From the NCBI GenBank assembly GCA_963726195.1, contig CAVSBO010000004.1:256001-320000 (forward strand): DNA of 64,000 bases, read 5' to 3'. Shown here piece by piece: positions 47,064 to 57,790 of this stretch (its first letter is position 1; each line of letters starts with the position of its first letter). This DNA is from Candidatus Thorarchaeota archaeon (GTDB lineage: Archaea > Asgardarchaeota > Thorarchaeia > Thorarchaeales > Thorarchaeaceae). The translations under genes and the position numbers were made by a program. The notes below the pieces were generated by a model that saw only the letters and a list, made by a program, of their open reading frames with translations, ran no database searches and was not told where the DNA came from.

Positions 47064-48053
47064 TCACACTCGGACAACTACCTTCGCTACACTGGACTTG
47101 TCCGCATACTCGAAAGCCTCGACGCCCTGCTCGAGAGTGAACTCCTTTGACACGAGGCTTTTCACTTCGATGCGCCCGTTTGCCAGCATATCTATGGCTG
47201 TGTTGTACGAACCAGCCACACTGCCTTGGAGTGATATCTGGCGCTCGACAATCAGACTGGAATCAATCTCGATATTCTTGTCATAATGGCTCTTCATAGC
47301 GACGATTCCGCCTGGTCTAACGATCTCAAGAGCCATTCTCAGTCCTTCAGGATTGCCGGTCGCCTCGACCACAATTCTTGGGCCCAAGCCCGATGTCGAA
47401 TCGAGGATATGCTTCTTCCATTGACCATTTGTGGTATTCACAGTGTGAGTCAGACCTAGCTGTCTGGCCAGACCAAGCTGCCACTGATTTCGTCCCAGCA
47501 CGTGAACTTCTGCACCAAAGCTATCGTAGACCTGTGCTACTAGAAGACCCAGCTTTCCGCTACCAACCACAGCAACGATTTCTCCCGCTCTCGAGGGGCT
47601 TTGGACGTATGTTTGCACAGCAGCTGCCAGGGGTTCAACGAATGTGCCCGCTATCGCATCCAAAGGCGGTGGTATGATATGAATGATGTCTGCCGGGACA
47701 CTAATGTACTCTGCCAATCCCCCGTCCGTTGTGACTCCTATGCTTCGTTTGTCTGTACAGAATGGCTTCATGTCATTTCTGCAGAATATGCATCGGCCGC
47801 AATAGGAATGCGCCTCTGTGGTAACGAGTGAACCGGGTGTGAATTCATCTACTGAGCTCTCTTCTATTACGCCTGCAATCTCGTGACCTAGAATCAAAGG
47901 AAGCTTGACGCCGAGTTCACCTCTCCATATTGAGAGGTCCGTCTCGCAGATGCCGACAGCACGGACATCTATCCTGACATCACCTGGCATGACCGATGGC
48001 TTGGGCGTGTCACCCAAACGAAGCCCGTCCTGTGTGAGCACAAGCGATCTCAT
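47064..48053 (-). CDS. Zinc-dependent medium-chain alcohol dehydrogenase
   Basis: GICETD, GHE, CGRCIFC, EPLA, GSGKLG. Confidence 0.92.
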   Translation of the reverse strand: MRSLVLTQDGLRLGDTPKPSVMPGDVRIDVRAVGICETDLSIWRGELGVKLPLILGHEIAGVIEESSVDEFTPGSLVTTEAHSYCGRCIFCRNDMKPFCTDKRSIGVTTDGGLAEYISVPADIIHIIPPPLDAIAGTFVEPLAAAVQTYVQSPSRAGEIVAVVGSGKLGLLVAQVYDSFGAEVHVLGRNQWQLGLARQLGLTHTVNTTNGQWKKHILDSTSGLGPRIVVEATGNPEGLRMALEIVRPGGIVAMKSHYDKNIEIDSSLIVERQISLQGSVAGSYNTAIDMLANGRIEVKSLVSKEFTLEQGVEAFEYADKSSVAKVVVRV

Positions 48054-48275
48054 ACTTCTCCGGTGACCCACTCTGGGTCCTCAAGTCAATCATAAACCCA
48101 TCGATGAATTGCATATTCGAATACTACCCGAGGTATGTGGCCGAAGGCCACGTGGTGTATTTGAGAAGCATATTGGCTGTTCCTGCTGTTATTGAATGGT
48201 GCAGGTCTATTTGGGCACAAGTTCAAAAACTGCAGAACGCAATTTGCGATGAGATTCTCTAAGGAACACAACCTT

Positions 48276-49181
48276 ATGGCCGACTCCTCAACTCTCTTCA
48301 CAAGACGACTCGCTCAATCTGAGAGCGGTTTGTGGTTGCAGCTTGAAGAGGCTCCTTCTGCCTTAGTCCCGATTTCCGCAGTCAAGGAGGAAATGAACAG
48401 ATTCGCAAGTCTTCCGGGCGCTCTGCTCTACCTGTCTTCCTTGGAGGGCAACTCAGTCGGGGGAACGGCTGCATACCGCGACAGTATCGCCCGTACCTTG
48501 AGTCTGGTTGCTGTGAGAATGAAACCCAGTCGCAGGGAAGGACTACTCTTTCCTATGATGAAATCCTCATTGCCGCTCTTTCGAAGCGCGGCAATCATCA
48601 AAGCAGAGACTCTTGTAAGATTGTCCACAGGTCGTACTAGCATTCCTTTTCCTCTTGGATACGAGCTCCCAGAATGGGTTAGCCCAAGCTTGGAGGCAGC
48701 CGGGTTTCAGAGAGGGGAGGTGCTATCTCATTGTTCCGTTGAGAAGGTGTCACGCAAGCAGTCCACGGTTCACCAGCTGGACTGGGACCGCGACACCAAC
48801 ACAGCCGGGGCGTATGCGCTCCTTGAAAAGGTCGGTAAGGAATCCGGTCTCGATTGCTCTCAAGTCCGCCTGGCCGTAAGCATGGCCTCTGGTGCTGGGT
48901 CTCTCAAGACGATTTCCAGAGAAGGGCACACCTTAGGCATGGTGGGTTTCAAGGCATTCAGCAGATACGGAGTCGTAACGGTCTGCGTGTACGATCCCGA
49001 TTCTATTGATATGGCTCAATTCGGAGGTGCCATCCTGCATCTATGTGCCGAAGCGAAGGTCAAGGTACTCCATTTCCTGCTCGTTGGTCAGGGACAAAGA
49101 GATCTCGTGGATTCACTGAGTGATTTGTCGGGATCGTCGCTCAAGAGAGAAGATCTCCAGCTCATGCGGAAGGTTTTGTGA
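48276..49181 (+). CDS. Hypothetical protein, possibly a degenerate tandem GNAT fold
   Basis: Long ORF; VGGT..Y, LEAAGF, LGMVGF motifs reminiscent of GNAT. Confidence 0.5.
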   Translation: MADSSTLFTRRLAQSESGLWLQLEEAPSALVPISAVKEEMNRFASLPGALLYLSSLEGNSVGGTAAYRDSIARTLSLVAVRMKPSRREGLLFPMMKSSLPLFRSAAIIKAETLVRLSTGRTSIPFPLGYELPEWVSPSLEAAGFQRGEVLSHCSVEKVSRKQSTVHQLDWDRDTNTAGAYALLEKVGKESGLDCSQVRLAVSMASGAGSLKTISREGHTLGMVGFKAFSRYGVVTVCVYDPDSIDMAQFGGAILHLCAEAKVKVLHFLLVGQGQRDLVDSLSDLSGSSLKREDLQLMRKVL

Positions 49182-49251
49182 GCTACGGAGTTTGAGCTGT
49201 CGTGTGGAAAGCCTTTTGTGAGTTGTACGTCCTGTGGGTCGAGGTCATGCC

Positions 49252-50256
49252 ATGTCTGCTTTGAGGCTAGAGAAGAGAGGTTCGGGACTGCTCCTTGAGT
49301 ACCGCAAAGTGAGACTTGCGTTTGATACCGGGCTCCCAGAACTACCTACTCTTCTGTCCCATGCCCATGCTGACCACACGATGAACCTGCATGCGGCCAG
49401 CAAGCTGATTGCTACTTCTGAGACCTTGGATACGCTTCTAGCAAGGAATGAGTCAACTCTGGTAGAGGAGCAAGAAATAGGATGGGCAAAAGACCTTGCC
49501 CTTGACGGAGTCCGAGTTACAGCACTGAACGCAGGGCATGTTATTGGGTCCGCCATGTTTCTTCTCGAATTTGATGACGGGTTGAGGGTGTTGTACACTG
49601 GTGATTTCAACGTGGTCGATAGTGTTGTCCATCACGCTGCCCAGCCGATACTGGCAGACGTTCTCATTACCGAGGCGACCTACGGATCGCCAGAATGGGT
49701 CTTCCCGGAAAGAGGCAAAGTGCATGCGATGATTCTTGAAGCTGCACAAAGAGAGCTTGACCAAGGCATGATTCCCTTGTTCAAGGCGTACTCCTTAGGC
49801 AAGGCCCAGGAAGCCATTGCTGTTCTCGAAGAAGGGGGTTTCGAGATTCTATCTGGCAATAGAGTCATCGATGACGTGAGCAGCGTGTATTCAAAGCACG
49901 GAACCCGGTTGAATTATACGCCGCTCGAACGTGCTCGAAAGGCTGGCGTACTGGAACGAGATTATGCGATTGTAAGTTCCTCCGTAAGCAACACGTTTGC
50001 CAGTCTTACGAGAATCCTTGGAGAAGAGAAGGCCAATGAAATAAAGGGCATGACTTCGACCTTCAATCTATCTGGCTGGACACTCAGAGAGTTCAATAGC
50101 TCGGGTTTTCCTCTGAGCGCTCACTCAGACTTTCCCGGACTGATGGAGTTCACCGAAGCGGTCAGTCCGCGCATTGTCTATTGTTTCGCTGGAAATGCGA
50201 GAAGGTTCTCTAACGAATTGGCAAGAGATGGCGTCAACGCTGTGCCACTTGAGTAG
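49252..50256 (+). CDS. MBL/beta-CASP family nuclease
   Basis: SHAHADH, AGHVIGS, YTGD, EATYG, YSLGKAQE, LSAHSD. Confidence 0.9.
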   Translation: MSALRLEKRGSGLLLEYRKVRLAFDTGLPELPTLLSHAHADHTMNLHAASKLIATSETLDTLLARNESTLVEEQEIGWAKDLALDGVRVTALNAGHVIGSAMFLLEFDDGLRVLYTGDFNVVDSVVHHAAQPILADVLITEATYGSPEWVFPERGKVHAMILEAAQRELDQGMIPLFKAYSLGKAQEAIAVLEEGGFEILSGNRVIDDVSSVYSKHGTRLNYTPLERARKAGVLERDYAIVSSSVSNTFASLTRILGEEKANEIKGMTSTFNLSGWTLREFNSSGFPLSAHSDFPGLMEFTEAVSPRIVYCFAGNARRFSNELARDGVNAVPLE

Positions 50257-50833
50257 GTGAGACTGTTGGCTAACGCTTCTGACATGGTGCAACCCGTACA
50301 TGCAGAATCGTTCTTCTCAGTCGCGAGATCCGGAGAGATTCACGAACGCCTCAGCTATGAGTATACCGACCCCGAGCACTACTACCGAAGGGTGTTACAA
50401 GACGAGGAGGACTTCAGGAGAGAGATAGAGACTCTGTCGGACAACCTTCAATACTATCTTGACAAGGAGCGAGTGGAAATCAATGGCCATGCAGTGAGGT
50501 CTCAGGTACACTACACAGACATCTTCCTGAAGGGTGAAAGCGACGTTGTCGCGGTCGTGTACCTCATCGACTTTTCGGGTCGGTTCACACCCAACGCCAA
50601 CAGAATCGAGAACTTGGCTTGAGGAAGAAACAGCCCCTTACGATTTTGAGATAATGTGGAGGTTCCCAATGGGTACACACGACATAAGCATTGAGAGCCT
50701 CCTAGAATACGAGATTTACAAAAGCATTGTCGTGCTGTGGGCTCAGGAAGGCGACAAGGTGGGCGGATACGAAAGAATGGAGTTCAATCTGGCATCCGCC
50801 AACCATAACCCCGAAGGAGTGGGCGAGGAGTGA
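50257..50833 (+). CDS. Hypothetical protein (frameshift at ~50611)
   Basis: ORFs 50257..50622 and 50534..50833 join as NRIETWLEEETAPYDF on removal of one A. Confidence 0.65.
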
Positions 50834-50839
50834 GGTCAG

Positions 50840-51136
50840 ATGACCCACAATCTCAATATCCTTGACACTCCGATTCGGACAGCGTTGCAGGTTGTCTCAC
50901 AATTCCCATTGTTGCCTCTGATAATCATCTTCTTGGGGATAACACTCGTTGTGGCAGGTTTGGTCATGATGGCAACCGAGCGGACCCGCGGTCCAGAAGT
51001 GAGACGCGAAAGCAAGGGCATCGTATTGATTGGTCCTCTGCCAATTGTATGGGGCTATGGTGGAAGAGTTCAGAGAATAGCAATAATCATAGCGTTCCTT
51101 GTTTTCGCGGTTTGTCTGATGCTGGTACTGATGTAG
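50840..51136 (+). CDS. DUF131 family membrane protein
   Basis: GIVLIGPLPIVWG between TM helices. Confidence 0.85.
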   Translation: MTHNLNILDTPIRTALQVVSQFPLLPLIIIFLGITLVVAGLVMMATERTRGPEVRRESKGIVLIGPLPIVWGYGGRVQRIAIIIAFLVFAVCLMLVLM

Positions 51137-51422
51137 GAGACCACCCGCATTCGGGGCATTGGCGTCCTTGGTTAATCATCCGAACTATCTTCCCGTTCAA
51201 CAAATCCTCCGGACAAATACCAAGAGGGTTCCTGCAAGTGGGACATTCAACCTTGCGGCCAAGATCTCTGATACAGGTGATTGTACCACAAGAGGAGCAT
51301 CTCACGGCGTGGTCTTGACAGAACTCGTTTCGACAATGGTCGCACCGCATCTTAGACTTGCCGCCGCAAATTGCACAAGGCTTCGTCACAATGTTACGCC
51401 CCAGTTCGTGTTTCATGTGCAA
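51087..51422 (-). CDS. Multi-zinc-finger protein
   Basis: CAIC, CDHC..FCQDH, CSSC, CPTC, CPEC in 111 aa. Confidence 0.75.
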   Translation of the reverse strand: MHMKHELGRNIVTKPCAICGGKSKMRCDHCRNEFCQDHAVRCSSCGTITCIRDLGRKVECPTCRNPLGICPEDLLNGKIVRMINQGRQCPECGWSPTSVPASDKPRKQGTL

Positions 51423-51578
51423 CAGATAAGTCTGTTCCTCGACGGACTGACCAAAAAAAGCTCACGTTGAGGAATTAGTCTATCTTGGGAAGATGTCTCT
51501 CGGCAAGCCTCCAGTAATATCCGTGCATTACCAATGCTCTTAGATAATTGATGTCTAGTCCAACTGGGGACAACTCAC

Positions 51579-51845
51579 ATGATGTTCAAGTGTATTCAAT
51601 GCGGCAGGGTTTCAGCTGATATCGACAAGGTCTTGGATGGTGCATGCGAATGCGGCTGTAGACGTTTTCAGCTGAAATCTGAAGATGCATTGTTACCCGT
51701 GGCACAGCTGTCTGAGGCGGAGTCCATACGCAAAGACCTCCATGTCTGGCTTGACCTCAATCTAGACTCCATCACTCCTGAGGACCTAAGTAGACTCCGT
51801 GTGGTTCTCGAAGTTGACAAACCAATAGAGGTTCCCAGAGGATAA
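51579..51845 (+). CDS. Small Zn-ribbon protein (OapC/DUF2072-like N-terminus)
   Basis: KCIQCGRV...LDGACECGCRRF. Confidence 0.6.
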   Translation: MMFKCIQCGRVSADIDKVLDGACECGCRRFQLKSEDALLPVAQLSEAESIRKDLHVWLDLNLDSITPEDLSRLRVVLEVDKPIEVPRG

Positions 51846-51850
51846 GCTGC

Positions 51851-54472
51851 TCATTGCTTCCCTTCCACAGGTTCTAGCGGACGTTCGATTCTCGCTACCT
51901 GACTATCAATCTCGATTCCCAAGTCCGTCTTACCCGCGATTGCCGCGATACGTTGAACTGCTTTCAGGTTATGAATCAAAGAGTCCAACCATGTGAACAG
52001 GTCTCCCGGGTACGCCCATAGTTCAAAATCATCGTGCAATCGCTTCGCGATGCCAGATGGATTGAGTCCTTCCTTTCTGCGTTCCACTATCCACCTGCCC
52101 AACCTTATCATGCCATGGTCACACTCGGGAAAATCACGGCAACCGCAGTTGAATATCTCAGCCACCCACCGACTAAACACTTCATAGACCCACCCGGGGA
52201 ACTTGGCCCGGCTCTCCTGCTGGCGGCCCAAGTCTGTCATTTCGGCCATGACTCCTGAGAATAAACGGGTCGGCATGTGAGTCTTGAATGCAGCATCCAC
52301 TTCGGCTTGCAGTTTCGCGCTTAGGTATACGTTATCGAACGGCTCCAATCCGATTGCAGTATCCAAGACATCCATCGTCTCGATGTGCTTCAGAACGTCG
52401 AATCCCTCGCTTGGAGTGAGAAATGAGACTGATGTTGCCCTACCGAGTTCTGTGGGATATACTCCGTTGTCTTGCACACGTATCATGTGATGGCGCACAA
52501 GATACTTCAGCGCATCCGTGACCGAAACGGTCGTAGAAAGCATTTCATCGTAGGCCCGTGTCACATCTTTGAAATCTATCAGACCAGTCGAGCATATTGT
52601 GGCCAGTATCTGTTCGGCGCATGCCTCGGTATCGGCTGTCGGTTCGACGTCTTCCACCACGCCATTAAGCAAATCGACCGCAACTTCGTCTTCCGTTCTC
52701 TGTTGCCCGCTGTGATATTTCCTTTCTGGCTGAACCAAGAGATAGACGAGACCCCTGTCGTGCTTGCCAAGGCGGCCGGCTCGACCGAGCATTTGTTCGA
52801 ACTCGGCGTTCGTGAGCCAGTCTGAGCCCATCGCAAGAGACTCAAATATGACTTGGGACGCTGGCAGGTCCACTCCTGCTCCGAGGGCTGCAGTAGTGAC
52901 TACTGAGGCATAGCGCTGCTTGGAATATGCTGACTCAACGTGACGTCTACGATTGTAGGTGAGGCCTCCGTGATAGACAGTGGCGGAGGTTCCGTTCTCA
53001 CGTAGCCAATCACTTAGGTCGTGTGCTCGGCGCCGTGAGTAGGTGAACACAATCGATTGGCCCTTGAATCCCGCACTGCTAACATTGCGGAATTCCTGCA
53101 AGACAAGCCTGCGGATCATCTCTCGCTTGTCTTCTTCGCTGTGAGCGAAAGCCAAGTGGCGTTCTAGCGGCACCGGCCTCCCTGTGTGGTTGACTAGGGT
53201 GAGCTTGAGTTCCTTGGCTAGGTTCTCCGGCGACCCCACAGTGGCCGACAAGCAGAGGATTTGAGCACGCGGGGCATGGTACCTCAGTCTTGCTACGAGT
53301 CCGTCTAGCTCCGGTCCCCTTTCGGGGTCTGCCAGATTCTGGATTTCATCTACCACTATTGTTCCGACTGTGCCCAACTGTTTGATATCTCCGGAACGGA
53401 ATATTATGTCTAACGCTTCGTACGTGGCGCAAATGATGTCCGCCTTTGATATGTCAGTATCAACGATTGGCCTGCCCTCATTGCCCACATCTAGGCGGGA
53501 CATGCCTACCCTAATCCCGGTGCGCAATCCGAGTTCGCGGTATCGTTTTCTAAACTGCTCGTACTTCTCGTTAGTGAGGGCGACGAGAGGAGCGATGTAA
53601 ATCATCCTCTCACCTGCCACCGCCTTGGGTATCCCGGCCAGTTCGGCAATCAGCGTCTTTCCCGATGAAGTTGAAGACACCACCAAGAGGCTTGCACCGC
53701 GTAGCAGGCCCGATTTGATGGCCAGCTCTTGGACGGGGAGAAGTTTCTCGATGCCGTCGGACTGAAGTAGCTGGGCAAGCTCCTTTGGTATGGGCAGCGA
53801 AGACAACCGTTGCATTGCGCCGGTCTCGCCTACAGGGATAGTATCAAACAGTGTAAGTTCCTTTTCGCGTGTCGGGTCGAATCCTGGGGTCAGCATCTCT
53901 AACAGCCTTGGCACGGACCGCACACGTGAAACTTGTCGCTCCAGCTGGATAATCATGGCTTGGGACAATTTCACTCCCATGTTCTTGAGTTCAGTCTTGA
54001 GATCGCTCTGCCCGCAGCTAATGCAAGAGACTTGGTTCTCAGAAACCTTCACTGCGTTCCGACGAGAAAGGACAGTGAGGCGGTCTTCACGTGAGCAGCT
54101 CGGACAGATGGGTACAATCTTGGGCTGGGTTGCCTGAATACGTGAGAGAAAGTCGCGAAGTTCATCAACGAAAGGTGGAGCCTCCCTGCTGGGAATGAGA
54201 ATGCTTGTCGCTTTCCTGAGTACCTCGTGGAACTCCTTCTCTTGAAGGTACACTGGCTTGTTGTACTTGATGAACCAAGCGCGCTTGATTTCGAGGAGTT
54301 GCGGGCTTCTGTATCCGTATTCGACCATGCCCATGAGAGATGCACGCTGCCTATCTGACAGTACCTCGGAGAAGACCCCTACTAGTGTGGCCATCTCCTG
54401 TCTCGCGCGTCTGAGCAAAATCGTGTAAGGCTCAGATAGTCGCTTCTGTATCTCTGCGTCTGCGACCTCCAC
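51851..54472 (-). CDS. Archaea-specific SF2 DExD/H helicase (COG1202-like)
   Basis: LLPVQ, TSSGKT, PLVAL, DEIQ, SAT, YHGG, GVDLP, QMLGRAGR; C-terminal CGC..PEC.HG. Confidence 0.9.
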   Translation of the reverse strand: MEVADAEIQKRLSEPYTILLRRARQEMATLVGVFSEVLSDRQRASLMGMVEYGYRSPQLLEIKRAWFIKYNKPVYLQEKEFHEVLRKATSILIPSREAPPFVDELRDFLSRIQATQPKIVPICPSCSREDRLTVLSRRNAVKVSENQVSCISCGQSDLKTELKNMGVKLSQAMIIQLERQVSRVRSVPRLLEMLTPGFDPTREKELTLFDTIPVGETGAMQRLSSLPIPKELAQLLQSDGIEKLLPVQELAIKSGLLRGASLLVVSSTSSGKTLIAELAGIPKAVAGERMIYIAPLVALTNEKYEQFRKRYRELGLRTGIRVGMSRLDVGNEGRPIVDTDISKADIICATYEALDIIFRSGDIKQLGTVGTIVVDEIQNLADPERGPELDGLVARLRYHAPRAQILCLSATVGSPENLAKELKLTLVNHTGRPVPLERHLAFAHSEEDKREMIRRLVLQEFRNVSSAGFKGQSIVFTYSRRRAHDLSDWLRENGTSATVYHGGLTYNRRRHVESAYSKQRYASVVTTAALGAGVDLPASQVIFESLAMGSDWLTNAEFEQMLGRAGRLGKHDRGLVYLLVQPERKYHSGQQRTEDEVAVDLLNGVVEDVEPTADTEACAEQILATICSTGLIDFKDVTRAYDEMLSTTVSVTDALKYLVRHHMIRVQDNGVYPTELGRATSVSFLTPSEGFDVLKHIETMDVLDTAIGLEPFDNVYLSAKLQAEVDAAFKTHMPTRLFSGVMAEMTDLGRQQESRAKFPGWVYEVFSRWVAEIFNCGCRDFPECDHGMIRLGRWIVERRKEGLNPSGIAKRLHDDFELWAYPGDLFTWLDSLIHNLKAVQRIAAIAGKTDLGIEIDSQVARIERPLEPVEGKQ

Positions 54473-54520
54473 TGTGGTAGCCTCACGAAAAGGTCCTCAG
54501 AATAGAATTCGTTTGCGTTT

Positions 54521-55291
54521 TCAAACTTCGTATATGAATAGGCTTTCGTTCTCTTTCACGCCATCAAGCGTCTGCTCATACTCTTCCCGAATTGCTTCAA
54601 TACCCGTACTCGTACTCACGCCCGCTTTCTCAACGATTGTCCAGTCAGACATGGTTTCAATGTCCACTGAACTGGCGAATTTGTTGTATGGAGTTGCCAT
54701 AACTTTGATGCGTTGCGAATCATTGTACTTACGCTTCCTGTACCAATCGACAAGGGGACGGTACATTGGGCTGTTCGTGCCAGCAAGAATGAATCTCGCT
54801 CTTTGAGTACCAGATACGTGAGACACGTGAATCTTCTTTAGCAAGTCCATTGAATGGGCCATTGTCGGAACAGTCACGTTTGACTTGAACTTCATGAGTG
54901 GCTCTGCGGCCAATACATTGCCTCGTTCTATAACGAGTTGACGTATGGTGGTCATGATTTCCTCTGTCTTGCGCGTGGCCAGCGGGTCAATCACTTCTGG
55001 AGAGATAATATCAACCAATGGTACAGGCTCATCAACGCGCATCTGAGTAGGATCAAACATCAAGGCCGCCAAGGGCTCAAGCACTTCGACCCTGCGGTTC
55101 CCGCTCGTGGCCACTCCCTTGAACACTCCTGGCCCAATCAGAACAGACAAGACGGATTCTGCCCTTATGATTGACCACAATTGACGAGAAAGAATCAAGA
55201 CTTGGCCGCTCAGGTCGGCGCCACGTAACACGCCTAGGTCATAGTCGTAGGCTTCTACGCCCAGCAGCCAGTAGATTGGCCCTTGTTCCAT
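54521..55291 (-). CDS. Hypothetical protein
   Basis: Long ORF tightly coupled to the upstream gene. Confidence 0.75.
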   Translation of the reverse strand: MEQGPIYWLLGVEAYDYDLGVLRGADLSGQVLILSRQLWSIIRAESVLSVLIGPGVFKGVATSGNRRVEVLEPLAALMFDPTQMRVDEPVPLVDIISPEVIDPLATRKTEEIMTTIRQLVIERGNVLAAEPLMKFKSNVTVPTMAHSMDLLKKIHVSHVSGTQRARFILAGTNSPMYRPLVDWYRKRKYNDSQRIKVMATPYNKFASSVDIETMSDWTIVEKAGVSTSTGIEAIREEYEQTLDGVKENESLFIYEV

Positions 55292-55297
55292 CCTCAA

Positions 55298-56482
55298 TCA
55301 CCCGCCGATGACGTAGGAGTTGACAAAATCGGACACGATTCTCGTAGCAATCTCGTCTCCTTGTTCGGCTGGCGCTCCCGCAAGCTCAGCCTTTCCTTTC
55401 TCGATGATTTCTTTTGCAGGCGCATTCTGAATGTGCAGCCGTTCTCCGATCTCGAGAACACACTTTTCAACACAATCTGGAATCGTGTTCCCTTGATACT
55501 TCAGAACACGAATGACGCGGCTGATGTGTTCGTTAAGGTATGCGCTTTGATCTTCGCCCGAGCGCCTTCGTGCAAGCCGAACGTCCCTCTCTAAGAAATC
55601 GAAAGGAGAAGCCATGTCTGGCTCTGCTTTGTCTCCACGCGTTGAGCTAACCCCTACCTGAACATACCTAGACTTGTCCCCTCTACCTGTCGGTCTTGGA
55701 GCGATGTGCACCAACAAATGGGCGACGGCATTCGGATCCATTTTGCTTAGGTCCGTGTCAAGTCCGTTGGTGAGATCATTAATCCTTGCTCTTGTCGTGT
55801 CTATTGTTGCTGACTCGGAAGCAGACGCAAGTACGGATCCAATCTTTCTGAACAGGGCTTGATTCCGCTTTCGGAGTTGTAGAAGTCTGCCTTTCAGGGC
55901 ACTGGGCTTCCACTTCGTGATGGCAGGACCAAAGGCCATCAACAAGTCCTCGCTGTTCGATCTAGGATGCTCTGCAAGCCAAGTCCGAATTGCTGGGAGA
56001 ACAAAACCCTCTGCGAGCTTGGTCCTTGCATTGAATACAGAAAGCGCCTTCTCAACAGTGTAGCTTTCAGACTCTGCAACAGATTCTAGATTTGAGAGCT
56101 CTCTGGTCTTGAGCTCCAGTTCTCTAGCAAAGCTGCCGTAGATGTAAGCTATCCATCTGCCTTCCACCAGCGCGAATTCCAGGATGTTACCTGATAGATT
56201 GGGGATATCTTCTCCGACAGTCGTTCTTCGCTGCAGTTCTCCTGACACTATGTTGACGGCGTCTTTGGTGCTCATGATGCCATCCAAGTTGATTAGGCAG
56301 GCGACCTGCGCCACTTCCAGCGGGCAAGAGAGCTGCGTCGCGGCATCCTTCGCTTCAGCCATCGGCAGTCTTCTGACCCTCTCTCGCAGGTTGGCGTACT
56401 TCTCAGCAAACTCGCGTACGAGTTTCTGTCCGCTAGCTGCTGCAAGGGTCTCGATTTCTTGGTCGCTCAAAACAGGAATCAC
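55298..56482 (-). CDS. Hypothetical, mostly alpha-helical protein
   Basis: 394-aa ORF, GAGGTG at the start. Confidence 0.8.
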   Translation of the reverse strand: MIPVLSDQEIETLAAASGQKLVREFAEKYANLRERVRRLPMAEAKDAATQLSCPLEVAQVACLINLDGIMSTKDAVNIVSGELQRRTTVGEDIPNLSGNILEFALVEGRWIAYIYGSFARELELKTRELSNLESVAESESYTVEKALSVFNARTKLAEGFVLPAIRTWLAEHPRSNSEDLLMAFGPAITKWKPSALKGRLLQLRKRNQALFRKIGSVLASASESATIDTTRARINDLTNGLDTDLSKMDPNAVAHLLVHIAPRPTGRGDKSRYVQVGVSSTRGDKAEPDMASPFDFLERDVRLARRRSGEDQSAYLNEHISRVIRVLKYQGNTIPDCVEKCVLEIGERLHIQNAPAKEIIEKGKAELAGAPAEQGDEIATRIVSDFVNSYVIGG

Positions 56483-56593
56483 CTCAATGTCAACTACGAC
56501 TGCCTAGCACCGACTGGTTCTGTACCAACTATCAGGGACGTTCTAGATATGCATTATGTGGACATATGCTCTGCCAAATATGAACGAGGCTTA

Positions 56594-56788
56594 CTAGAAC
56601 ACAAGAAGAAGGAAGTGAAGCCCAAAACCCATGAGCAGTGACCCAAGAATCAGGGCGAAGAACGCCTTGAACTTCGAGAAGTGACGAGCGTGCTCCACGT
56701 GCACAACCATCCATGCGAAGGCGAACACTGACAGGGCGATGAAGGCCAGCGCCACCCATATCAGATACCCTTCGAAAAGCTGCATCAT
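56594..56788 (-). CDS. Small two-TM membrane protein
   Basis: Two TM helices flanking HVEHARH. Confidence 0.7.
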   Translation of the reverse strand: MMQLFEGYLIWVALAFIALSVFAFAWMVVHVEHARHFSKFKAFFALILGSLLMGFGLHFLLLVF

Positions 56789-56864
56789 GGTATGCGACCT
56801 CAGGTATAACTCGTCTCTAGGCCCCTCACTTGACCCTGATTTAAAGCTCTCTATGGTCACATCT

Positions 56865-57692
56865 TCATGCTGTGAAGGGGTACTCCTTGGTCGTGGTCTT
56901 TCCATCGATAGTAATCTTCCTGACGAGCTTGCCTGTCTTCTTTGCTAGCCTTCTCTTCTCAGAGAATGGCAGCCTATCGTCCTCAGGAACGAGTATCTCG
57001 TCTATCACAATCTGATGGTCGATCTGGATGCTCTTGGACTTGGCCGTGATTTCGGACATCAGTTCTGGTATGGCCTCACTTAACACGAAGGCAAGTACGT
57101 CGGGTGTGTTTGCGCATGCTCCTTTGCAGAATGTGGGATCCTTCTGCTTTGATTCTTTCTCTGCTTCCTCTTCGCCTTCCTCTTCTGCTTCGCCCTCTTC
57201 TCCAGACTTTCCGGAGTCGCCCTTAGCGGAGGTGGCCTTGGGGAACGAGGCTTTGGTTGTCACACTCCAAGGCTTTGTTCCATCACGTGGGCTCATGGAA
57301 AGCAACAGAAACGTGGTTGGGTCGTCCACCTCAAGGAGTGCCCGGAGGTGTTCAATGGGAGCAGCTTCACTTAGCTTGGCCTTGAAGACAGGTGCACCCT
57401 CACCTTTCGATTTGCTCCACGGGAGTGGCAGACTCAGTTTGGCGAACGCTGATCTTCGGTCCGTATATGTCACAACCGTGCCCGAGACTTTGTGGAATCC
57501 AGCTGGTGCGAATTTGAGATAACCCTCTACGAAGACCCTTTCGTGATCGAAGTCCGCCTTGAATGTGATTCGCTGTTGTGCAAGTCCTATCACTGCTCTT
57601 GGACCGGGGTATGTCCCGATGCCATACTTCACGAGCTTTGCATGAACAAACTCATCGGGTTTACCCTTGACAATCTTCGCTAGCCAGTTCAT
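56865..57692 (-). CDS. Archaeal hypothetical protein with acidic insert
   Basis: MNWLAKI..DEFVH, Glu-rich loop, C-terminal AKKTGKLVRKITIDG. Confidence 0.8.
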   Translation of the reverse strand: MNWLAKIVKGKPDEFVHAKLVKYGIGTYPGPRAVIGLAQQRITFKADFDHERVFVEGYLKFAPAGFHKVSGTVVTYTDRRSAFAKLSLPLPWSKSKGEGAPVFKAKLSEAAPIEHLRALLEVDDPTTFLLLSMSPRDGTKPWSVTTKASFPKATSAKGDSGKSGEEGEAEEEGEEEAEKESKQKDPTFCKGACANTPDVLAFVLSEAIPELMSEITAKSKSIQIDHQIVIDEILVPEDDRLPFSEKRRLAKKTGKLVRKITIDGKTTTKEYPFTA

Positions 57693-57790
57693 CTTTCGAA
57701 GCCCGTTCGGACGCACAGGCTAGGCTGAATTTAAGTCTGATGCCAGCTGCGCGACTGACTAGCTTATAACTGAGATGAGACGCGCGAGGA

